A stretch of 64,000 nucleotides of DNA from Prorocentrum cordatum (GCA_963575745.1 CAUYUJ010000079.1:1-64000); one strand, 5' to 3'; numbered from the stretch's first letter, positions 26,990-39,036 are shown. A program made the numbers and translations. Notes: a model not told the origin generated them from the sequence alone.

Positions 26990-27110
26990 CCGCGCGCTGG
27001 CGCCAGGCGGCCCCAAGACGTTGTAGCCCAGGCAGAGCCGGCGCAGAGGCTGGCCTGCCAGGCCGGCGTAGAACGCGTCGAAGGCGCCCGCGCCGCCCGA
27101 ACACCTGGCT
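26990..27110 (-). CDS. Putative LRR exon fragment
   Basis: FDAFYAGLAGQPLRRLCLGYNVLGPPGA. Confidence 0.55.
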
Positions 27111-27164
27111 GGCGCTGAGACGCGCGCTTCTGCACCGCTCGAAAGTGCGGGTTCACCGTGAGTT

Positions 27165-27580
27165 ACGTCAACAGCGTACTGTCAACAGCGTAGTGTGCCA
27201 ACAGCGTAGTGCGTCAACAGCGTAGTATCAACAACGTATTGTCAACAGCGTAGTGTCAACCGCGTAGTGCCAGCCGCGTAGTGTCAACAGCGTGGTGTCG
27301 ACAGCGTAGTGTCAACAGCGTAGTGTCAACAGCGTCGCGTCAACAGCGTAGTGTCAGCAGCGCAGTGTCAACAGCGTCGCGTCAACAGCGTAGCGTCAGC
27401 AGCGCAATGTCAACAGCGTAGCGTCAACAGCACAGTGTCAACAACGCACGCTTTTCGGCGATTTTCAGCAAACTCATTCTGGGCAGTTCTGGGCGCGACG
27501 GGCAGCAGAGCAGTTTCAACAGCGCAGTGTCAGCAGCGTAGTGTCAGCAGCGTAATGTCCAGAGCGCAGTATCGACAACG
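27165..27580. repeat. 14-bp tandem repeat (TGTCAACAGCGTAG)n
   Basis: Read directly. Confidence 0.9.
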
Positions 27581-27599
27581 CACGGGCGTTGGGAACCGC

Positions 27600-28900
27600 A
27601 GTGATTCCTACGCAGTGTTTCCTACGCAGTCTTTCCTACGCAGTGCTTCCTGCGCAGTGATGTCTGCTTAATGTTTTCTGCGTAATGTTTTCGGCGTGGT
27701 GTGTCCTGCGTAATGGTTTCTGCTTGGTGCTTCCTGCGTCGCGTTTTCTGCGGGATGTCTCCATCGAATGGTTTTGCACGCAGTGTCTTCTACGCGATGT
27801 TCTTGTTGTTTATACGCAGCGTTTGTTTACGTAGTGTTTCCTGCACAGCGCATGTTTTTGTTTTGTACGTAAGGTGTCTTGCGCAGCGTGTCTGGCGTAG
27901 TGTTTGTTGTGTACGCTGTGTTTTTTTGTTCCGCGGTGTTTTTCTTGTTACGCGGTGTTTGTTTGCGCAATTTTATTATTACGCGCTTTCTTACGCTGTG
28001 CTCTTTTGACTACCTACCAGACCACCCCAACCCAACCCGAAGACCCGAATTTCGGGTTGGGGGGGGGGTAAGGGTTCCACATGTGTTTTTTCAACGTTTC
28101 CCGACCCCCCCCACACTGGAAATCGAGGGTAAATTTGAGCCTTCGGGTTGGGTTGGGGTGGTTTGGTGGGTGGTGATCTTTACGTGTGATTTCCTGCATA
28201 GTGCTTCCTGCGTAGCGTTTCCTTATATTACTACCGCGTAGTGCTTCCTGCGCAGTGTTTCCACGCAGTGTGTTTACGCATTGTTTAAAGCGCATTCTTT
28301 TGGTCGTCGTGTATTTTGCGCTGTGTTTTTGACGTTGCTTGTTTTACGTCGTTTGTGTTTGTTTTGTTACGCAGTGTTGTTTTTAAACGTGGTCTGCGTA
28401 GTGTGTCCTGCGTAGTGTTTCCTGCGTAGTGTTTCCTACGAGCAGTGTTTCCTACGCAGTGTTTCCCACGCAGCGTTTCCTACGCAATGTTTCCTGCGCG
28501 CAGTGTTACCCACGCAGTGCTTCCTACGCAATGTTTCCTACGCAATGTCTCCCACACAGAGTTGCCTACGCCGTGTTTCCCACGCAATGTTTCCTACGCA
28601 ATGCATCCTACGCAATGTTTCCTACGCAGTGTTTCCTACGCAATGTTTCCTGCGAAGTACTTCCTACGAAATACTTATGACGCAATGCTTCCTACGCGGT
28701 GTGTCCTACGCCGTGTTTCCTACGCAATGTTGCCTGCGCAATGTTTTCTGCGTAATGGTTTCGGCGTAGTGTTTCCTGCGTAATGTTTCCTGCGTCGCGT
28801 GTTCTGCGTAGTGGTTCCTGCGTATTGTTTCCTGTGCAGAGGTTCCTGCGTAGTGCTTCCTGCGTAGTGTTTCTGCCGTAACGTTTGCTGTGTAGTGGTT
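27600..28900. repeat. Degenerate 14-bp tandem repeat (GTGTTTCCTACGCA)n, interrupted by a MITE
   Basis: Read directly; cleanest at 28400-28870. Confidence 0.9.
28007..28176 (+). mobile_element. 170-bp MITE, family B, with 5-bp TSD TCTTT
   Basis: TIRs ACCAGACCACCCCAACCCAACCCGAAG / CTTCGGGTTGGGTTGGGGTGGTTTGGT; TCTTT at 28002-28006 and 28177-28181. Confidence 0.85.
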
Positions 28901-29047
28901 CTGGTATAGTGTTTTTCCCAACCATCCTGTGGTGTTGGGTCCTCGTTTTGAAGAGACGGTGCCCCGCGTTTCTCCTCCTCCTCCTCGCCCTCCTCCCTCT
29001 TAGGGTTCGCATGCCTCCCCACCACCCATGTCGGCACACCCCTCACA

Positions 29048-30582
29048 CGTTTCGTGGCCCCATAGGGAACCCCACCGAAGGCCCCAGTGGGGGTGTTCGC
29101 ATGCGGTTCCCCCACCCAGGGCAGCGTTTCGTGGCCCCATAGGGAGCTCCACCGAAGGCCCCAGTGGGGGTGTTCGCATGCGGTTCCCCCACCCAGGGCA
29201 GCGTTTCGTGGCCCCATAGGGAGCTCCACCGAAGGCCCCAGTGGGGGTGTTCGCATGCGGTTCCCCCACCCAGGGAGCTCCACCGAAGGCCCCAGTGGGG
29301 TTGTTCGCAGCGGTTCCCCCACCCAGGGCAGCGTTTCGTGGCCCAATAGGGAGCTCCACCGAAGGCCCCAGTGGGGGTGTTCGCATGCGGTTCCCCCACC
29401 CAGGGCAGCGTTTCGTGGCCCCATAGGGAGCTCCACCGAAGGCCCCAGTGGGGGTGTTCGCATGCGGTTCCCCCACCCAGGGCAGCGTTTCGTGGCCCCA
29501 TATAGGGAGCTCCACCGAAGGCCCCAGTGGGGGTGTTCGCATGCGGTTCCCCCACCCAGGGCAGCGTTTCGTAGCCCCATAGGGAGCTCCACCGAAGGCC
29601 CCAGTGGGGGTGTTCGCATGCGGTTCCCCCACCCAGGGCAGCGTTTCGTGGCCCCATAGGGAGCTCCACCGAAGGCCCCAGTGGGGGTGTTCGCATGCGG
29701 TTCCCCCACCCAGGGCAGCGTTTCGTAGCCCCATAGGGAGCTCCACCGAAGGCCCAGTGTGGGGGTGTTCGCATGCGGTTCCCCCACCCAGGGCAGCGTT
29801 TCGTGGCCCCATAGGGAGCTCCACCGAAGGCCCCAGTGGGGGTGTTCGCATGCGGTTCCCCCACCCAGGGCAGCGTTTCGTAGCCCCATAGGGAGCTCCA
29901 CCGAAGGCCCCAGTGGGGGTGTTCGCATGCGGTTCCCCCACCCAGGGCAGCGTTTCGTGGCCCCATAGGGAGCTCCACCGAAGGCCCCAGTGGGGGTGTT
30001 CGCATGCGGTTCCCCCACCCAGGGCAGCGTTTCGTAGCCCCATAGGGAGCTCCACCGAAGGCCCCAGTGGGGGTGTTCGCATGCGGTTCCCCCACCCAGG
30101 GCAGCGTTTCGTGGCCCCATAGGGAGCTCCACCGAAGGCCCCAGTGGGGGTGTTCGCATGCGGTTTCCCCCACCCAGGGCAGCGTTTCGTAGCCCCATAG
30201 GGAGCTCCACCGAAGGCCCCAGTGGGGGTGTTCGCATGCGGTTCCCCCACCCAGGGCAGCGTTTCGTGGCCCCATAGGGAGCTCCACCGAAGGCCCCAGT
30301 GGGGGTGTTCGCATGCGGTTCCCCCACCCAGGGCAGCGTTTCGTGGCCCCATAGGGAGCTCCACCGAAGGCCCCAGTGGGGGTGTTCGCATGCGGTTCCC
30401 CCACCCAGGGCAGCGTTTCGTGGCCCCATAGGGAGCTCCACCGAAGGCCCCAGTGGGGGTGTTCGCATGCGGTTCCCCCACCCAGGGCAGCGTTTCGTAG
30501 CCCCATAGGGAGCTCCACCGAAGGCCCAGTGGGGGTGTTCGCATGCGGTTCCCCCACCCAGGGCAGCGTTTCGTGGTCCCAT
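29048..30582. repeat. 77-bp minisatellite, ~20 near-identical units
   Basis: Unit CAGGGCAGCGTTTCGTGGCCCCATAGGGAGCTCCACCGAAGGCCCCAGTGGGGGTGTTCGCATGCGGTTCCCCCACC; degenerate relatives at ~31150-31320 (inverted) and ~34100-34320. Confidence 0.97.
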
Positions 30583-31318
30583 GGATGGGGCTATGGGGGG
30601 CACCCTAGGACACAGGTTTGCCTGTCCCCCACCCAGCATCACCAAGGAAAGCGTTGCGAGGAGGAGGAGGGGAGGAGAAGGAGGAGGAGGAGGAGGAGGA
30701 GGAGGAGGAGGAGGAGGAGGAGGAGGAGGAGGTGAGAGAGGAGGAGGAGGAGGAGGAGTGTCCTTTGGGCACATCTCACAGGCTTCGTTGCCTCATTGGG
30801 AGCTTCACCTGAGGTCCCAGTGGCGGAACTCGCCTGGCGGCCAAGTGGCGGAGGCCGCGTGGTGGCGACCTCGTCTTTGTCTTCGGCGTATGGAGGACGC
30901 TTCCGGGCCCCGGGGCCATCAGAAATCGTTCCGGGGGAGAGGGGGGAGGAGGAGGAGGAGGGGGAGGAGGAGGGGGGGGAGGAGGGGGAGGAGGAGGAGG
31001 AGGAGGAGGAGGAGGAGGAGGAGGAGGAGGAGCAGGAGGAGGAGGAGGCGGAGGGGGAGGAGGAGAGGGGGGGGAGGAGGTGGGGGCCGATAACGGCAGG
31101 GCAGACCTGGCGAAGGACCCAACCATATGCAATTGTGAGTAACGCGTTGTGGGTGCCGCTTTCGGTGGGCCCCGAAACGCGTGAGGGGCGTGCCGTAATG
31201 GGTTGAGGGAACGCAAGCGGGCGGTCCCACTGGGGCCTCCGGTGGAGCTTTCTGTGGCGCCGCGGAACGCTGTACTGGGTGGGGGGGGACGCATGCGGGC
31301 GGTGCCACCGGGGGGCTT

Positions 31319-31338
31319 GATGATGACGATGATGATGC

Positions 31339-31386
<48 letters not shown>

Positions 31387-31730
31387 CGATGATGATGACG
31401 ACGACGACGACGACGTCGACGACGACGACGACGACGACGAAGATGACGATGCCGACGATGCCGAGAGGAGGAGGAGGATGAGGGAGAAGGGGAGAGGAGG
31501 GAGGAGAGAGCAGGGAGGAGGAGGCAGGAGGAGGAGGTGGAGGCTCGCGTGCTGCCAGCTCGGCTGGAGTCCTCGGCTGACGGCGCAGAAAACTGGCCAG
31601 CTTGGACCCGGGAGGGGTCCGAGGATCGATTTCCAGCGGGTGCTGGCCCAGGGTGGCGCGAAGGGGGTGGCCTTCCAAGAAGCCAAGGGGGGGTTCTTGG
31701 AGGGGCTCGGAAGAACGAGGGAGTGACGAC

Positions 31731-31782
<52 letters not shown>

Positions 31783-31789
31783 GTGATGG

Positions 31790-31822
<33 letters not shown>

Positions 31823-31942
31823 CGATGACGATGGCGATGGCGATGAAGACGATGATGATGATGATGATGATGATGATGAGGATGAGGATGACGATGACGA
31901 CGACAACGACGATGACGATGACGACGATGCCGATGACGATGC

Positions 31943-31978
<36 letters not shown>

Positions 31979-32129
31979 CGATGATAATGATGATGGCGAT
32001 GATGATGACGACGACGATGATGATGGTAATGATGATGACGACGGCGACGTCGACGACGACGATGATGATGATGACGACGACGAATACGATGGCTACGATT
32101 CGGATTCAGACTATCACGACGGCGGTGAC

Positions 32130-32160
<31 letters not shown>

Positions 32161-32414
32161 ATGACGACGACGATGATGATGATGATGATGATGATGATGA
32201 CGACGACGATGATGATGATGATAATGATGATGATGGTGACTACGACGGTGACGGTGATGATGACGATAACGATGACGGTGATGATGATGATGATGCTGAT
32301 GATGATGATGATGATGATGACGATGATGATGATGATGATGATGATGACTACGGTGGTGACGGTGATGGTGACGATGACGATGACGGTGACGATGACGATG
32401 ATGACGATTATGAC

Positions 32415-32458
<44 letters not shown>

Positions 32459-32483
32459 CGATGATGATGATGACGATGATGAT
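31319..32483. repeat. (GAT/GAC)n microsatellite blocks
   Basis: Read directly (31319-31460 and 31724-32483). Confidence 0.95.
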
Positions 32484-32656
32484 CACGGGGAGGCGGAGGA
32501 AGAGGCACAGGGAGAGGGAGAGGGAGGAGGCTGCGCAACTGTTTTGTCTCAAGCCCGGGGCGGGGTCGCTCCCCCGCCACACGACCCCGAGACGAACCCC
32601 GCTCGTTGCTGGGACTCCCTCCGGGGACGACCGGCACGAGTCGCGGGTGACTCTGG

Positions 32657-33997
32657 ATGTCGGTGCGGATGGCTCCCGCGGATGCTCTGGATTTGACTTG
32701 CGACATCCTGGGGTGCCGCGAGGAGTTTCCTATGCAGCGGGCTGGTGTCGACTGTCCTATTAGTGATCTCTTGAAGGACCTCTGCTCCGCCGAAGGCGTC
32801 ACCCCAGCTTTCAGGCGCTTCTGGAGCCACAGTGTGGCTTACCAGAAATACAGCAACGACGTGGGTGATTGGGTAGATAGGACGACACAGGTTGATAAGA
32901 TGCTAATCCTCAGGGAACGCAAGCTGAATTACGAGGAGAACGACGCATGCACCCTGTTGAATCTGGATTCGGGCCGGCGGATGTCAAAGCACGAGAGCCG
33001 ACACCGGAGAATCTTCTGCGCTACGATGAGCCTCGTGAACTCGCGGGAATTCTGTGTGCATGTCAACGACCAGACCCGCGGCGAGGAGAACGTCAAAGGT
33101 TCTCGGATCATCCAGCTGGCCCAGGACTTCACCGGTGAACCTTTTACGGATAGTTTCGACAGGCGCTCCTTCTACCTTGGCCCTGCGGAAAAAGAGGACC
33201 GGAAACGCTCTCGCCTGGAAGCCGTCCTCAGCACTGAAGGAAAATGTGCGCTGACGCTCAAGGCCGGGCCGAGCGGGGTGCCTTTCCGGAAGCCTTTCTG
33301 CATCGCCCGGAGCCGCGCTTACGGGGGCTTGTTCGGAAAGAACACGGTCGCCCTGTACACCCTGCTTCTCGCGGAGGAGCCGGCCGGCGGCTTTCAAAAG
33401 GAGGGCGGCTGCGTCCCCGGGCCCGGCGCCCGGTCCGGGCTGCAGTTCTTGAAAGGCCGTTCCTTGGGCATGGGCGGCGGCTCCACGTGCTGCGGGGTCC
33501 TCTCTGACGAATTCGACGATGCCGTCAAGGACTACAAGCAGCTTCGCACGCGGCTGCTCACGGTGAAGCGGCGCTACGAGGCCTGCGCGAGGGAGGCTAC
33601 GCTGCCGGGGGAGCGCGACTTCTGGACTCGCCTGGCCAACAGGATGGCGCTGTGGCGCGGGTGCGACGACTTGCGCCTGCAATTCCGGCTGTGCGAGACG
33701 TCCAAGGTGGCCGGGATGGTGCTCGCGAGCCGCGGCCGGTGGCGAGCGGGGGCGGGCCCGCGAGACGCGCCCCAGCGCGAGGACGGCGACGGCGACGCGC
33801 TGGGCGACGAGGACAACGACGAGCCCGCCGCCGCCGCGGGCGCCCCCCCCGACGCACTCCGGCTCCTGCTCGACGCCCTGCGCGACCGCGAGGACTCCGA
33901 GGGCCAGCCGCAGCGGCGCGGCCGCACGCGGCCGGACTACGCCGAGAAGAAGCTTGAGCGGGCCGCGCTCAAGCGCGCGCGCTCTTCTCCCGGGTAG
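32657..33997 (+). CDS. aGPT-PPLase1 / 5-hmdU DNA kinase helical-domain-like protein (putative amino acid:DNA transferase, thymidine hypermodification family), 446 aa, intronless
   Basis: Ordered motifs W..SVAYQKYSN....DRTTQ, IF...SLVN, FTDSF, GGLF, VPGPGARSGL and LQFRLCETSK match the family pattern N-x-R-xx-DR-x-T ... GPGAxxGL ... LCExxK. Complex sequence; relict SL and paired motif upstream. Confidence 0.7.
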   Translation: MSVRMAPADALDLTCDILGCREEFPMQRAGVDCPISDLLKDLCSAEGVTPAFRRFWSHSVAYQKYSNDVGDWVDRTTQVDKMLILRERKLNYEENDACTLLNLDSGRRMSKHESRHRRIFCATMSLVNSREFCVHVNDQTRGEENVKGSRIIQLAQDFTGEPFTDSFDRRSFYLGPAEKEDRKRSRLEAVLSTEGKCALTLKAGPSGVPFRKPFCIARSRAYGGLFGKNTVALYTLLLAEEPAGGFQKEGGCVPGPGARSGLQFLKGRSLGMGGGSTCCGVLSDEFDDAVKDYKQLRTRLLTVKRRYEACAREATLPGERDFWTRLANRMALWRGCDDLRLQFRLCETSKVAGMVLASRGRWRAGAGPRDAPQREDGDGDALGDEDNDEPAAAAGAPPDALRLLLDALRDREDSEGQPQRRGRTRPDYAEKKLERAALKRARSSPG

Positions 33998-34001
33998 GCA
34001 G

Positions 34002-34038
<37 letters not shown>

Positions 34039-34043
34039 GTCTC

Positions 34044-34085
<42 letters not shown>

Positions 34086-34339
34086 TCTCTCTCTGGCACA
34101 CCCCCAGAGCCCCGGCTGAGGTCCCAGCGGCGCAGTTCGCATGGCGGCGCCGCACCACGTTGGCAACACCCCACGCACGTTTCGTGGCCTCAGAGGGAGC
34201 TCCACCTAAGGTCCCAGTGGCGCAGTCCGCATGGTGGCGCTGCCCGATTTCGGTCACCCCTCACACGTTTCCTGGCGCCATAGGAAGCTCCACACAAGGT
34301 CTCAGTGGCGCAGTTCGTTGAGTGGGGTGGAAAGCGCGG

Positions 34340-35430
34340 GCGTGGATGGAAATTCGTGGAGAGTTTTCGAGTGCGTAGAAGGGCAAGACCATCGCGAGTT
34401 TGTTTGAAATTGTTTTCGGCGGCTCGTTGGGGCGCTCGCCTTGCGCACGCGCTATCGGACTCTCGCACGTGGGTCGGTTGCTCAGAAGGACAGGGCCATC
34501 GCGAAATTTTTGAAACTGCGTTCTGCGCTCGTTGGAGCGTTCGCTTTGCGCTCGCGCGTTCTGATGGTCGCGTGTTGGCTGGCGGGGGGGGCAGCGCGGG
34601 AGAGGGTGGAGATGCGTTGAGAGTGTTCGAGTGCGTAGAAGGACAAGACCATCGCGATTTTTGAAATTGTTGTCGGGGGCTCGTTGGGGCGTTCGCACTG
34701 CGCATGCGCTATCGGACTCTCGCGCGTGGGTCGGTGGCTCAGAAGGACAGGACCATCGCGAAATTTTGAAATTGTGTTCTGCGCTCGTTGGGGCGTTCGC
34801 TTTGCGCTCGCGTGTTCAGGGGGTCGCGCGTTGGCTCGTGGGGAGGAAAGCGCGGGATTGTATGGAAATTCGTTAAGATTTTTCAGATGCGTGGAAGGAC
34901 AAGACCATCGCGATTTTTTGAAATTGTTTTTTGGGGTTCGTCGGGCCGTTCGCATTGCGCGCGCGCTATCGGACTGTCGCACGTGGATCGGGGGCTCAGA
35001 AGGACAGGGCCATCGCGAAATTTCGAAACTGCGTTCTGCGCTCGTCGGAGCGTTCGCTTTGCGCTCGCGTGTTCAGGGGGTCGCGCGTTGGCTGGTGAGG
35101 AGGAAAGCGCGGGATTGAATGGAAATCCGGTAAGATTTTTCAGATGCGTAGAAGGACAAGACCATCGCGATTTCTTGAAATTGTCGTCGGGGGTGCGTTG
35201 GGTGGCCGCCTCGCGGATGCGCTACCGGACCGTCGCCAGTAGGTCGTTGGCTTAGAAAGATAGCGGCATCGCGAAATTTATTTGGGATTGTGTTTTGCGT
35301 TCGTTGGAGCGTTCGCTCTGCGCGCGCGCGTGTTCTGTGGGTCGGACGTTGGCCGGTGGGGAGGAAAGCCCGGGAGTGGGCGGAAATTCGCCGGGAGTTT
35401 TTGAGTGCGTAGAAGAAAAGACCATCGCGG
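34340..35430. repeat. ~258-bp tandem repeat (~4 units, each made of two related subunits)
   Basis: TGCGT(A/G)GAAGG(A/G)CAAGACCATCGCG-type anchors at ~34370, 34629, 34885, 35143 and 35403; AGAAGGACAGGGCCATCGCGAAATTT-type anchors in between. Confidence 0.9.
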
Positions 35431-37360
35431 ATTTTTTTGTATTTTTTGGGGGGATGGGCCGGGCCGCCCGTTGAGCTTCAGTCGCGCATTGCCCGTTCAC
35501 CTCCTGACCGCCTGCCCGCTTTGGTTTGTGTTGTTTTCTATGCCAAAAGCATTTCTGGAAAAAGGCGCGCGTTTTGATATTCATGCGAACGTCCTATTGA
35601 TTGGCCACGACATCGCTGCGAGGGAGGAGCGGGGAGACCCCCGAGATTTTCATTGCAGAATCTCGGGGGTCTCCCGTTTTTTTGCGGTTTCCTATAGCGA
35701 CGTAAAAAAAAACGACGGACATCCAGAACGCACGGCTGCTCCAACCCATAGGACGTCATCGACATTTTCGGGCCTTTGCGAATTTTGACACAAAGACCCC
35801 CCCCAACAAACAGCACCCCAAAGCACCTTCCAACCTCCACCGCGACGCTCGGCGAGGGCGATGATCCTCCGCTCCCCTCCCTCGTTCTCGGCCTCCTCCG
35901 CCTGCCCTCCCCCCTCCGGCCCCGAATGTCTGTCATGGTCTGTGTGCCACGCGCAAACGCAAACGGCACTGCAGGCGCTGCCGGCCTGAAGTCGGGCCTG
36001 TGCCTCTACAGGGGGAATCTTCAAACACAGTCAAAAGATCGTCAGGGGACAATTTTTTGAATACTTTTTGACCATTTGGGGGTACGGTAGGTTCGTGCCG
36101 TGTCGACCGGCGGCGACCCCGCCAGCGGCGTTCAACGTTGAACGCCGCGAGCGACCCAAAATCGCTCGATGCAAAACGATTTAGACGTTTCGGAAACGGC
36201 CGATCGTTCAAGGCTGAACGATCCCCGCGGTGTCAGAAACCAGCGCCGAAGTCGGCACGACGCGAACCTAACGTATCTTTGTAGTATCTTTTATTTTTCG
36301 TGGAAGCTCCCCCTTTAGGGGGACACGCCCGACGTCACGCGGGCCGACTCCGGCCTGTCTGCTCGGCCCGGGCTCGCGCGCCAGCCGCCGCGGAGCGGCT
36401 CCGGGCCTGGCCGGGCGCCGCAGTGCCCGGCCACGGCATGGAACTGGATCTCGAGCTGGCGAGTGCACGCGCCCAGCGTTTCCTCTTTTTCCGTTCGGTC
36501 TCCTGCCCATCCTCCCCTCCTCCTCCTCCTTTTCCTCCTTCCTCCTCCTCCTCCTCCTCCTCCTCCTCCTCCTCCGCCTCCTCCCCTGCCTCCCCCTCCC
36601 CCTCGTCTTCCCCCTCCTTCCCCTCCTCCTCCTCCTTCTCCTCCTCTTCCTCCTCCTCCTCATCCCCCTCCTCCTCCTCCTCCTTTTTCCCGCCGTCGGC
36701 GTGGTCGGTTCCAGGGCATGTCTCTCTCACTTGCGATCGGCAGGGCGTCTGAAAAGGCGGGCAGTGCCAGGCTTCTCTTCGGTTGTCGCTGTGTCGAGCC
36801 CGGTTATTGAGTGGTCGTCTGGACCATGGGGGATGCACGCACAACGCCATTGTTCCTCTTCCTCCTCATCCTTCTCCTCCTCCTCTTCCTCATCTCCTCC
36901 TTTTAACCCTCGTCCTAGACCTGCGGGATGTCCGTGCACCGATTTCAGGACATCGGCATGTGCCCTGCCCCAGTTCAGGGTTTTTCATTCGGGCCTGCCG
37001 GGTAGAACGTGGGTGAGTGCACGTGGCAATTGGCAGCCTGACTGTGGAGACATCGTGCTGGGGTCGTTGGTTGGTGCTTCGCGTGTTCCCTTCCCTTCTG
37101 TTTCAAGCAAATGTTCTTCGTGTTTGCTGGATGTTCTTTTCCGTCCTGGGTAAGGGTACCCTCGAATGCTCTTTAGTTTGGCCGGTGGAGTGTCTCATGC
37201 TCTTGAAGGATGTTATTTGTCCAAGATCGGGCTGTACTTTGCGCTTCTCCTGCACCTCCTTGTCCCCGCCCCCCCCCCTCGTCCTTCATCTCCCGTGGAG
37301 CCATCTTGCCGCAGACCCTGAACACTCAGGATCGGGTGGGGTGGCCGGGGCGTCAGACTC

Positions 37361-37531
37361 TCCCCACCCACCAAACCACCCCAACTCAACCCGAAGGCTC
37401 GGATTTGCCCTCGATTTCTAGTTGGGGGGGGGGTCCGGGAACATCGAAAAAACATATATGGAGCCCATACCCCCCCCCCAACCCGAAATTCGGGTCTTCG
37501 GGTTGGGTTGGGGTGGTCTGGTAGGTAGTCA
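37361..37531 (-). mobile_element. 171-bp MITE, family B (inverted copy), with 5-bp TSD GACTC
   Basis: Reverse-complement homolog of 28007-28176; GACTC at 37356-37360 and 37532-37536. Confidence 0.85.
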
Positions 37532-37917
37532 GACTCCAGGCGCGCCTTCCCCTCCTCCCATCGGGCGTGCAAGAGCTCTCCTGCCGGCCCGCACGATCGG
37601 CTCTGGCAGACTCCCAGCTGCCCCGATGGCGCATCCACGTGTTGCCAGAGGGCGTCCTGGGCCGACCCTCCTCCTCCTCCTCCTCCCTCTCCTCCTCCTC
37701 CTCCTCCTCCTCCTCCTCCTCCTCCTCCTCCTCCTCCTCCTCCTCCTCCTCCTCCTCCTCCTCCTCCTCCCCCCCTCCCTCCTCCTCCTCCCCTCCTCCT
37801 CCTCCTCCTCCTCCATCCTCCTCTCCTCCTCCTCCTCCTCCTCCTCCTCCTCCTCCTCCTCCTCCTCCTCCTCCTCCTCCTCCTCCTCTTCTCGTCCAAC
37901 CTTCACTTGGATGATGG

Positions 37918-38001
<84 letters not shown>

Positions 38002-38329
38002 CGACCGGCTGGCTCAAATGGCCCCCGCAGCCTCCAAGATGGCCACACGACGCCCCAAGAGGCCCCCATGGTGGCTCCAAGAGGGTCCCGCCACGGCCCA
38101 AGAGGGCTCCAAGACGCTCGAGATGGCCTCCAAGACGGCGCCGCGACGCAGCCCAGCGACGGCACCTCGACCAGACAGAGGACGAAGTCCTTGAGATTTC
38201 GAGCTATCAGAGGACCCCGATCAAGAAGCCCCCGGGCTCGGAGACTCCGAGCTATCAGCAGATCTCCGTAGCATCTATCGGTTCAAGCTTCAGCAGCTTA
38301 CGCGACGACTTCCCAGGCAACAGCTCATA

Positions 38330-38446
<117 letters not shown>

Positions 38447-38454
38447 GCAGCGTG

Positions 38455-39036
38455 ATGTCCGCGCTCGGCGCCGCGATGTCCCCGGAGCCGGAGCGGCGGC
38501 GCGCCGCCGACGGCGCGGCTTACACCCGCCTCGAGTTTGAGCAGCACTACGGCGTGAGCCGCGGGCGCCGCGAGTGGGATCAGGCATCTCCGTGCGAGAT
38601 CTCCTCCGAGCTCGTGGATGTCGGCCCCCTTGCCATCGCCCCCTTCGCGGCCGACCGGGCGTCCGCGGGCGAGGGTTTCTTTCTGGACGGCGACGCGTTC
38701 ATGATCGGGCCGGAGTCGTACGGGTACGTCTACATGGCCACGACTGCGACCTGGCACGGGTATCCCATGTACCAGTGCCATCGCGGTCGCGATTCGAAGC
38801 CCGGCGTCGTCTTCCTGCTGTTCAATGGCGCGCGCTGGGAGGCCGGCCACGTCGCGGGGCTTGCTCCCAACTCGGCCGAGGAGGTTGCGCAGCGGATGCA
38901 GCCTGCCTTCCGCGGCCCCATCGGCGAGGACATCCGCGCGGCTGGCCGGCACCTGTGGGAGTGCTTCGACGACCGCCGGGGGGCGTGGTACCCGCCTTCC
39001 AGCTTCCGCACCACGGCGCTGCGGGGGCCTGAGTGA
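38455..39036 (+). CDS. Hypothetical protein with an N-terminal ERRxAxDGxxYTxxEFxxxYG...W motif
   Basis: 193-aa complex ORF with strong GC3 codon bias; relict SL at 38265-38287. Confidence 0.7.
   Translation: MSALGAAMSPEPERRRAADGAAYTRLEFEQHYGVSRGRREWDQASPCEISSELVDVGPLAIAPFAADRASAGEGFFLDGDAFMIGPESYGYVYMATTATWHGYPMYQCHRGRDSKPGVVFLLFNGARWEAGHVAGLAPNSAEEVAQRMQPAFRGPIGEDIRAAGRHLWECFDDRRGAWYPPSSFRTTALRGPE

Noticed and set aside
29048..30582. CRISPR-like array
   Set aside because: Units are contiguous and near-identical with no unique spacers, and no cas genes are present.
28720..30774. 684-, 514- and 504-aa minus-strand ORFs
   Set aside because: Artefacts of a stop-free 77-bp satellite that is open in all three minus-strand frames.
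30776..32802. Poly-Asp, poly-Met, poly-His and poly-Ser ORFs
   Set aside because: Translations of (GAT/GAC)n microsatellites.
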